DNA of 39,878 bases from a virus. The number at the start of each line of letters is the position of its first letter. Within the stretch, counting starts at the first letter, position 1. The stretch spans positions 1 to 39,878 of IMG/VR virus record IMGVR_UViG_3300047994_000103. The stretch is one strand, 5' to 3'. The translations under genes were made by a program, and so were the position numbers. The notes under the pieces are model-generated. The model saw only the letters and a list, made by a program, of their open reading frames with translations, did not search any database and was not told the DNA's origin. Shown here piece by piece: positions 7,188 through 13,369 of the stretch.

Positions 7188-8524
7188 TAGGCGCGCTCCC
7201 CTACCTTGGCAAGTTCATCCGTGGTCCAGCCATTCAGCAAGTCCCGCTTAATTTCGGACTGAGGGATTCCGGCACTGCGAGCTAGCAGAGCTTTTTGCAA
7301 CATGCGGGTCGATACGACCCGGCGCAGCTTTGCGGATTCTGCGCTGGCGCGGATGCGTGCAACCCATTCACCAAAGTGCCGTATCTCATCGGGAGATGGT
7401 GCATCGGCAGCCTGAAACGGCGTAGCTGCTTTGTAGGGCATTCCGCACAGCGATGCCTCAAATGCTGGATCATAGGTCATCGTGACGATATACCAACGAT
7501 CCAGCGTTGCCGCGTCCAATTGCGAGCGTCCAACATACTGCGAGCCTGCACCGTTGCCGAACGTATTAGCGGCTGCAATCTGCACGGCCTGCGGATGGCG
7601 ATGAAGGCGTGTACCGCTGACCGGATTGTCGAACGCACCGTTGGCCGTGGCCGCATTCAGCGTCAGCAACATGTTCGCATCGCCTGCGTCGATTTCATCG
7701 TGCAGGAACACGCTCGGACGTTCGTAATTCTGACAAAAGACGCTCGATTGATACTCGAACTTGCCTTGTTCGCCAGTCGGCAATAAACGGCCAAGTAACC
7801 ACGACTCGGATGCGCCGGCGCTATATGACAGGGAATTGAACGGGACATTAAGGGCCTTGGCGATCTGCCCGGCGAGGTGCGTTTTGCCACAACCTGCGGG
7901 CCCAACCAGCATCACGTTCAAACCTACCGAACAGAGACGCAAGACTTTCTCGAACAAGGGATGCGCGCCGTCGATGCGGACATCGGGCAGTTCGTGACGC
8001 TTCAACACAATCTCGCGGGCCGGCACGGTGCCATCGCCACGGGGCGCGGCTTTGGCAATTTCTTCCTGTGCGATCTGCCGCACGCGATCCTCGTTGCAGG
8101 CTTCGCTTGCTGCTTGCTGCGCGATCTGCTGGACGAGGGCATCGATTGCACCTTGCGTGGAAGATTGCGGCTTTGGTGCCGGCATGGGGATGCCTTGGCT
8201 TTGGCCTGCGTCAGCCTGCGGCTTGGACTGCGCGCCGTCCATGAAGCGATCCAAGTCCAGCGGTTCGATTTTAGGCTTGCTCGGAGTCTCGCCCTTGGGC
8301 TCGGTCCGCGTGCCTTGCTTCCATTCGCCCGAGACGAAAATGCGCCACGCTTCGGCGCGCTCGTCATCCGTGTAATTGCTGGCGAGATACTCGCGGAATG
8401 CGGCTGCGGTGTTAGTGCGAGGGTCGCGGTGAAAGTCTCCCGCTTCGCCGTGCTTCGGCGCGTGGTCCTTGAGTGTTTTCCCGAGAGCAAGCATTTGACG
8501 ATATGAGAGTGTTTCGAGATTCAT
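7187..8524 (-). CDS. AAA+ ATPase, MoxR/CobS-like (AAA_5 type) with ~190-aa N-terminal extension
   Basis: Walker A LVGPAGCGKTHL and Walker B VFLHDEIDAG. AAANTFGNGAGSQYVGRSQLDAATLDRW resembles the CobS/MoxR sensor region. Confidence 0.85.
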   Translation of the reverse strand: MNLETLSYRQMLALGKTLKDHAPKHGEAGDFHRDPRTNTAAAFREYLASNYTDDERAEAWRIFVSGEWKQGTRTEPKGETPSKPKIEPLDLDRFMDGAQSKPQADAGQSQGIPMPAPKPQSSTQGAIDALVQQIAQQAASEACNEDRVRQIAQEEIAKAAPRGDGTVPAREIVLKRHELPDVRIDGAHPLFEKVLRLCSVGLNVMLVGPAGCGKTHLAGQIAKALNVPFNSLSYSAGASESWLLGRLLPTGEQGKFEYQSSVFCQNYERPSVFLHDEIDAGDANMLLTLNAATANGAFDNPVSGTRLHRHPQAVQIAAANTFGNGAGSQYVGRSQLDAATLDRWYIVTMTYDPAFEASLCGMPYKAATPFQAADAPSPDEIRHFGEWVARIRASAESAKLRRVVSTRMLQKALLARSAGIPQSEIKRDLLNGWTTDELAKVGERA

Positions 8525-8558
8525 TGGCTGGTTTTCCTGTCGTCTGTTTGAGTGTTGT

Positions 8559-8834
8559 TTAGCTAAACTGATCGTATGCCGAAGGGATCAGCGCGTTGCA
8601 ATGGGCGCACGTCATGTCTGGCCCTTCCCAGTATATTTCGACGCCTGCGCAGCCCCATCCGCTGTCGTCATTGTCCCGCGTTGCGCGTGCGATCAGCTTA
8701 AACTCGGTGCGGGCGCACGTCGTGCAAAGGCACGCACCGTCCGTCATAACTAGAATTAGCGGATAGCCACCGGGCCAAGCGTAGCGGTTGCGTGCGGCCA
8801 GTTTGATGTCGCGGATGATGGTTTGATTTTTCAT
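8559..8834 (-). CDS. Small zinc-ribbon-like hypothetical protein (91 aa)
   Basis: Track ORF 8559-8921 trimmed to ATG 8834 (AGGA upstream). CTTC ... CAHC cysteine pairs. Confidence 0.6.
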   Translation of the reverse strand: MKNQTIIRDIKLAARNRYAWPGGYPLILVMTDGACLCTTCARTEFKLIARATRDNDDSGWGCAGVEIYWEGPDMTCAHCNALIPSAYDQFS

Positions 8835-8850
8835 TGTTCGAGTGTCCTGT

Positions 8851-9033
8851 TTAGTTAGTGAGTCCGCAAGCAGACTCGAATCGCGAACGGTCGAATGCAG
8901 GGTTGTTGCAACGCAGGGCATCCGAAAGCGCCAGCACCGATCCTTTCCATGCTTGCATAGCCTGCGTGTGGACGGTCAGCGGCTTACTGCGAAACATTGC
9001 TTGTGCAATTGTGACGAAATCGCGTCGTGTCAT
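8851..9033 (-). CDS. Hypothetical protein (60 aa), first gene of the leftward block
   Basis: ORF track; AAGGA upstream. The start region is nearly identical to that of 8559-8834. Confidence 0.55.
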   Translation of the reverse strand: MTRRDFVTIAQAMFRSKPLTVHTQAMQAWKGSVLALSDALRCNNPAFDRSRFESACGLTN

Positions 9034-9227
9034 TGTTCGAGTTTCCTTTTACGGTAGTGGCGAAAGGCGGAATGCCTTGGCCTGTGTAGTTTCATCATCC
9101 CGGAACACTGTGCAACACTTTTTTTTCGTCGATCTGCGTAAGCCTATGATTGTGTTGAAACTGTTTTTTGCCTTGTTTGGTGGGAATTCTCCGAGAACGC
9201 AGTTCTCGCGCTTCAAGTCCTGCAAGG

Positions 9228-9482
9228 ACTTGCGACCGCTTGACGCACCGCTTGAGCGACCACTACTTGCGACCGCTAACAAGGTAAAAGTGGCTTGATC
9301 CCCCTTTTCCCCTTTCGAGTGGTATGTCTTCTCAAAAGAAAAAAAAATCAGAGTACAACTGTACACCATTCTGGGGGAAAGGGGGGATGCAAGCGTTTTC
9401 CCCTGCTTAGGGGTGACGCATTGCGGTTAGTCTAGTGGTCGCAGGTATGGTCGCAAACAGGCCTGCGACGCTTTGCGTCGCA
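9228..9482. repeat. Iteron-like field built on TGCGAC(C)
   Basis: ACTTGCGACCGCT occurs twice (9228-9240, 9265-9277). ACCGCTTGA occurs twice (9235-9243, 9247-9255). TGGTCGCA occurs twice (9436-9443, 9448-9455). Palindrome TGCGACGC-ttt-GCGTCGCA at 9464-9482. The hexamer TGCGAC/GTCGCA appears 6 times. Confidence 0.85.
9300..9386. repeat. Inverted C/G-tract repeat flanking an A-tract
   Basis: CCCCCTTTTCCCC (9300-9312) faces GGGGGAAAGGGGGG (9373-9386). Between them lie AAAAGAAAAAAAAA (9334-9347) and GTACA-ac-TGTAC (9353-9364). Confidence 0.8.
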
Positions 9483-9631
9483 CGGGTGCGGCCCTTGTAT
9501 GTCGCGGCAGCATGCGTTCGTTTGCCACGCTTTGTAGCGCCTCTGGCGCTTGTTCGTGGGGCCTTGGTCCAGTGCCCTGCCGGCCTTCGGCCGCGTACCT
9601 GGTAGCGTTACACTTTTGTGACAATCCTGTG

Positions 9632-9651
9632 TATAATAGGCATGGCCTATT
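9632..9651 (+). promoter_or_regulatory. Perfect -10 hexamer overlapped by a 7-bp-arm palindrome (candidate rightward promoter/operator)
   Basis: TATAAT at 9632-9637. AATAGGC-atg-GCCTATT at 9635-9651. The -35 region is poor (TTACAC at 18 nt). Confidence 0.3.
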
Positions 9652-9701
9652 GCCAGAGCCTTTACCTATGGTTTGTCCCTTGACAATGGAGTTGTCCTAT
9701 A

Positions 9702-9729
9702 ACCATAGGTTTTGCCTATTGTATGTCAA
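9702..9729 (-). promoter_or_regulatory. Candidate leftward sigma70 promoter
   Basis: Minus strand TTGACA (9729-9724), 16-nt spacer, TATGGT (9707-9702). The -10 lies in the right arm of the 10-bp inverted repeat ACCTATGGTT (9664-9673) / AACCATAGGT (9701-9710). Confidence 0.3.
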
Positions 9730-9749
9730 CAAACAATAGTCTTTCTCTA

Positions 9750-9830
9750 TTATCCACAAGTTATCAACAGAAATCTGTGGAAAAGCTGTGCACAACCTGT
9801 GGATATCCTGTTACCAACCTGTGGACAACG
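9750..9830. promoter_or_regulatory. DnaA-box cluster / five tandem 11-bp units (candidate replication origin core)
   Basis: TTATCCACA at 9750-9758 and TTATCAACA at 9761-9769. Units tgtggaaaagc, tgtgcacaacc, tgtggatatcc, tgttaccaacc, tgtggacaacg span 9776-9830. On the complement these give TTTTCCACA, ATATCCACA and TTGTCCACA, exactly 22 bp apart. Confidence 0.6.
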
Positions 9831-9911
9831 TCCACCCCTTGCCGCAGGCAATGGGCCCCGCCCCGGATTGGGTAACACGACTTTCGGGAGCGGCAAAGTT
9901 TTGAAACACCA

Positions 9912-9938
9912 AGGACAGTTTGTGTCCTGCGGACACAA
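9912..9938 (+). promoter_or_regulatory. Two overlapping perfect palindromes (operator or alternative leader hairpins)
   Basis: AGGACA-gtttg-TGTCCT at 9912-9928 and TTGTGTCC-tgc-GGACACAA at 9920-9938. A third TTGTGTCC sits at 9981-9988, just before the SD of the first rightward gene. Confidence 0.45.
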
Positions 9939-10007
9939 CTGCTATCACAGCCGTGCGGGCGCTCGCCCGCGTCCCTTTCATTGTGTCCCTGCCCCGGAGC
10001 CTCCCGC

Positions 10008-10364
10008 ATGTCTTTCAACGCATTCGTCCCGCAGGCTTCGCCAGTTGCAGTTGCGGTCACGACCACGCTCTCGGCACCTATCTTGACAGTTCCCTTGAAT
10101 TTGGCAACAGGGGGCGGCTCGTATCGAGTGTACAATGGAGGCGCGGCGGCGGTGGCTTTCGCCCTGTATGCAAATCAAGCTAATGCCACGGCTTCTCCTT
10201 TTGTTTTTCCCGTCGCAGGCAACCAGCCCCAGACAGGAGTCATGGTGGTTGTGATTAATCCGGGCAACACGGAAGTTTTCAATGGTCCGGCGGGTGCTTG
10301 GGTTCGCGCCATTACGGGAACAGGGACTTCCACGCTGTATGTGCAGACTGGCGAGGGCGTCTAA
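10008..10364 (+). CDS. Small beta-rich hypothetical protein (118 aa), first rightward gene
   Basis: Track ORF 9981-10364 trimmed to ATG 10008 with GGAG (9996-9999) 8 nt upstream. Confidence 0.6.
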   Translation: MSFNAFVPQASPVAVAVTTTLSAPILTVPLNLATGGGSYRVYNGGAAAVAFALYANQANATASPFVFPVAGNQPQTGVMVVVINPGNTEVFNGPAGAWVRAITGTGTSTLYVQTGEGV

Positions 10365-11156
10365 ATGGCAAACCATTCGAGTGGGGGCGGTGGCGGAACG
10401 TCTGGGACCGTTACCGGCGCGAGCAATGAAGGCGCTGGCGTTCCTGTCTATGACTCTGCGAACAGCACGGCATCTAACCTGGCGTTTAAGACGCTGGTCC
10501 AAGGCTCAAATACTGTCCTGACAGATGGCGGCGCTTCTGGCGTCACGGTGGGGGTTGCGGCAAGTCCATCGTTCACGTCAATCCCGGCTGCTGGGGCTAT
10601 TGGCGGAACGACGCCGAGCACTGGTGCGTTTACGACTGTTTCTAGCACTGGAAACGCAACGTTAAACTCGGGTTCTGCTGGAACCGTAACTATCACTGGT
10701 GCAACTACAATCCAATCCGGCAGTGCTGCGACTGTAAGCATAAACAACGCTGCAGCAGCGGGTCAGACTTTCATCGGAAGCGGTTCTAACACTGGCGGCG
10801 TAACAATTGGCAATGCCGCCAACACCACGACTCTAAATTCTTCTTCCGTCAACGTCGCCAACACCGTCAACATCACGACTGCCGGAAAGGGCCTGATGCT
10901 GAAGGAAGGCACTAACGGTCGCTCTGGCACAGCGACCTTGGCAGCAGGCACCGTGACTGTCAGCAACACGACGATCACGGCCTTGAGCCGCGTGTTCCTC
11001 ACCAGCAACGGCCTCAATGGTTCGACGGCTATCGGCACGCTAGACGTGACCAAGATCAACGGGACCGGCTTCACGATCAACTCTTACAGTGCGGCGGCGG
11101 CCATTGTACCGACTGACACGCGCATCGTTCAGTATTTGATTACCGAAGGCGGCTAA
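10365..11156 (+). CDS. Fibre-like Gly/Ser/Thr/Asn/Ala-rich protein (263 aa)
   Basis: TAA-ATG abutting the previous gene. Almost no charged residues, and repetitive G-x-T/S-V-T-I type strands as in fibre or adhesin beta-structures. Confidence 0.6.
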   Translation: MANHSSGGGGGTSGTVTGASNEGAGVPVYDSANSTASNLAFKTLVQGSNTVLTDGGASGVTVGVAASPSFTSIPAAGAIGGTTPSTGAFTTVSSTGNATLNSGSAGTVTITGATTIQSGSAATVSINNAAAAGQTFIGSGSNTGGVTIGNAANTTTLNSSSVNVANTVNITTAGKGLMLKEGTNGRSGTATLAAGTVTVSNTTITALSRVFLTSNGLNGSTAIGTLDVTKINGTGFTINSYSAAAAIVPTDTRIVQYLITEGG

Positions 11157-11184
11157 TTGACAATCTGGTATGTTCTGGTATTGT
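11157..11184 (+). promoter_or_regulatory. Candidate sigma70 promoter immediately after the fibre-like gene stop
   Basis: TTGACA (11157-11162), 16-nt spacer, TATTGT (11179-11184). Confidence 0.45.
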
Positions 11185-11199
11185 GTTTCTAGCGCGCCC

Positions 11200-11258
11200 G
11201 GCAAAGGCGGTAGGCACACGAGGGTCCGAAACCCGAATCCGCTTTTGCCACTTTTTTT
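11200..11258 (+). terminator. Intrinsic terminator upstream of terS
   Basis: 11-bp stem GGCAAAGGCGG (11200-11210) / CCGCTTTTGCC (11239-11249) with one G-U pair. Inner GGGT/ACCC hairpin. T7 run at 11252-11258. Confidence 0.7.
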
Positions 11259-11270
11259 GCAGTACCGAGG

Positions 11271-11765
11271 ATGACCGTGGCCCAGAGCGTGCAATTGAAG
11301 GGAATGAGCAGACGCCACGATGCAATCGCAGAGTGGTTGATCGCCAATCCCGAAAAGAGCATGGCGGAATGTGCCTCCACCTTTGGTGTAACCCGCCCAT
11401 GGTTGTCCTCGGTTGTGCATTCGGACATTTTTCAAACCTATTACCGCAAGTTGCGTGACGGATACGTCGATGACCGTATCATGCCGATGCGCGACAAGTT
11501 ACAGGGCTTGGCGGTAGCCGCTATCGAGCGCATCAGCGACAAGTTGGAAGAAATCAACGACACGCGGCTTTTGAAGGACATCGCGGATATGTCGTTGAAG
11601 AATCTCGGGTTTGGAGCTCCCAAGGTTGGGGCTGCGGTGCAGATTAACAACAACACGTTTGCCTCGTCCTTGACCCCCAGCGAGCTTGACGCTGCGCGGG
11701 AGGCATACCGTGCCAGGCAACGCGATTTGACATCAATCGAAGACGGCCAAGTCGTCAATGGCTGA
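11271..11765 (+). CDS. terS: Putative terminase small subunit
   Basis: 164-aa ORF overlapping the terL start by 8 nt. N-terminal HTH-like segment (MAECASTFGVTRPWLSSVV). Called mainly from position; the start codon is uncertain (ATG 11271 or 11304). Confidence 0.55.
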   Translation: MTVAQSVQLKGMSRRHDAIAEWLIANPEKSMAECASTFGVTRPWLSSVVHSDIFQTYYRKLRDGYVDDRIMPMRDKLQGLAVAAIERISDKLEEINDTRLLKDIADMSLKNLGFGAPKVGAAVQINNNTFASSLTPSELDAAREAYRARQRDLTSIEDGQVVNG

Positions 11766-13233
11766 ACTGCCGCCCATCGAACCGGCAGAGGCCGCAGCAA
11801 TAGGCGCCGTTGATGGAGTCTTTTTTTCGCGCTATTTCTTCCCCCGAACCGCTCGTCAAGCCCCGGCCCCATTTGAGTGCAAAGTGTGGGACTTGCTGGA
11901 CTCCCAAGAAGACCACTTTGCCGCGATGATGATTTTTCGCGGGGGTGCCAAGACCACTCGGTTGAGAATTTTCACCGCCAAACGAGTCGCCTACGCTCTG
12001 TCGCGCACCATCATTTATGTGGGCAAGTCGCAGGACCACGCGATTCGTTCAATCAAGTGGTTGAAGAAGCAGATTGAGTTTAATCGCCCGTTTGCCACGA
12101 CATTTGGTCTATCCAAAGGCTCCAAATGGACCGACGAGGAAATCGAAATTTTCAACTCGGTAGCCGGCGTGACCATCACCATCGTCGCATTCGGCATCAC
12201 CGGCTCTATCCGTGGTGTCAACATTGACGACTATCGCCCCGATTTGATTATCGGGGACGATCTGTGCGATCCCGAGAACTCAAAGACGATCGAGCAACGC
12301 GAGAAAATAAAAGACCTATGGTTCGCGGACCTGCGTCAATCGCTTGCCCCCGTGAGCGAGAATCCCGATGCAAAAATGGTCCTTCTCGGTACGATGCTCG
12401 ACCCGGAAGACGTGACAGCGACCTGTTGCAATGACTCGGGCTGGAAGTCCCTTATTGTTCCGATACTCGACGAGCATGGCGAGTCGACTTGGCCGGATCG
12501 CTTTTCCACCGAAACAATTCTTGCCGACCGCGACCAATATCTCCGCCTCAACAAACTCTCGTTGTGGATGCGTGAGTGTATGTGCGTGTGGCAAGCGCCC
12601 GAGGATTCCGTTTTTCTTCCAGAGTGGTTCGAGAAACGCTATGACACAGTACCCCCGTTCTTGCATATCTACGCTGCCAGCGACACAGCAGTTACAAAAA
12701 CCGACCGGGCTGACTACACAGAACACGGGGTGTTTGGAGTCGACTACAACGGGGACTACTACGTCCTTGATTGGTGGTTTGGCAAGCGCGGTAGCGACGA
12801 ATGGATCGAGCGCCAGTGCGACCTTATCAAACGACACAAGCCCCTCATTTGGTTCGGAGAAACAGGACAGATTCGGAACGCAGTTGAGCCTTTTTTGAGG
12901 AAGCGAATGCAAGAACGCGGGACGCTAGCGCGGCTGGAATGGTTGCCGAGTGTTTCCGACAAAGTCACGCGGGCACAGGGCATCGTCAACATCGCTGCAA
13001 GCGGCAAATTGTGGTTCCCGCGCGAGGCTACATGGGTCGGGCACGTTTTGGCTCAATTGCTTGCGTTTCCCTCTCGCGGTGTTCACGACGATGCAGTTGA
13101 CGTTCTGTCCCTGTTGGCTCGCGGGCTGGATCGCGTCAAACTCCCGCGCCAGCAACGCTCGTTGGTCGACGATTTTCAGGACTCCAACGTCTTTTTTGGC
13201 AATTTTGGGGGAGCCCAAGCGTGGATGCGGTAG
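11758..13233 (+). CDS. terL: Terminase large subunit
   Basis: Walker A-like FRGGAKTT and Walker B-like DLIIGDDL. RNaseH-like nuclease aspartates in IYAASDTA and GVHDDAVDVLS. Size and position fit. Confidence 0.93.
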   Translation: MAELPPIEPAEAAAIGAVDGVFFSRYFFPRTARQAPAPFECKVWDLLDSQEDHFAAMMIFRGGAKTTRLRIFTAKRVAYALSRTIIYVGKSQDHAIRSIKWLKKQIEFNRPFATTFGLSKGSKWTDEEIEIFNSVAGVTITIVAFGITGSIRGVNIDDYRPDLIIGDDLCDPENSKTIEQREKIKDLWFADLRQSLAPVSENPDAKMVLLGTMLDPEDVTATCCNDSGWKSLIVPILDEHGESTWPDRFSTETILADRDQYLRLNKLSLWMRECMCVWQAPEDSVFLPEWFEKRYDTVPPFLHIYAASDTAVTKTDRADYTEHGVFGVDYNGDYYVLDWWFGKRGSDEWIERQCDLIKRHKPLIWFGETGQIRNAVEPFLRKRMQERGTLARLEWLPSVSDKVTRAQGIVNIAASGKLWFPREATWVGHVLAQLLAFPSRGVHDDAVDVLSLLARGLDRVKLPRQQRSLVDDFQDSNVFFGNFGGAQAWMR

Positions 13234-13263
13234 GCTGAATCGAACGAGGGTCGCAACGCAACT

Positions 13264-13289
13264 TGGCCTTCCGGCCATTTTATTGTTTT
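13264..13289 (+). terminator. Weak terminator-like hairpin after terL
   Basis: TGGCC-ttcc-GGCCA (13264-13277) followed by TTTTATTGTTTT. Confidence 0.35.
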
Positions 13290-13369
13290 AGGAAAATTAT
13301 ATCTCACCCCCGCGTTACGGGGACCGTACCACAGATCAAGACCTTTTGTCAAGTGTTTGGAGAAAATAA

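Larger units (their letters stand above)
9034..10007. promoter_or_regulatory. Long non-coding control region between divergent gene blocks (candidate origin plus transcription switch)
   Basis: No convincing ORF: track ORFs here use alternative starts, lack an SD and look non-protein-like. Dense repeats, palindromes, homopolymer tracts and DnaA-box-like 9-mers. Confidence 0.7.

Noticed and set aside
9421-9482. tRNA-like look of ttgcggttagtctagtggtcgcagg...
   Set aside because: A cloverleaf could not be built: the D-loop would be 14 nt, and no anticodon stem or acceptor pairing is available. The segment is better explained by the TGGTCGCA direct repeats.
9776-9830. Possible CRISPR array (short tandem repeats at 11-, 12-, 22- and 37-bp periods in 9228-9830)
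   Set aside because: The repeat units are 8-13 bp with no 25-40-bp unique spacers. There are only 2-5 copies and no leader or cas context. They fit iterons and initiator boxes, not CRISPR.
9192-9938. N4-type virion-RNA-polymerase hairpin promoters (5-8-bp stem, 3-nt loop)
   Set aside because: The geometry is reminiscent, but the genome encodes no giant virion RNA polymerase or any RNA polymerase. The idea is kept only as an analogy in the finding on 3-nt-spacer palindromes.
8858-10502. Track ORFs inside or spanning the non-coding hub (8858-9298 +, 9049-9369 -, 9427-9624 -, 9473-9739 +, 9712-10086 +, 9764-10135 -, 9978-10502 -)
   Set aside because: They use TTG/GTG-type starts and have no SD. 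Their translations are Arg/Cys/Pro-rich or low-complexity, and they overlap one another and the dense repeat/palindrome structure. Real genes in this genome are chained with SDs and start/stop overlaps.
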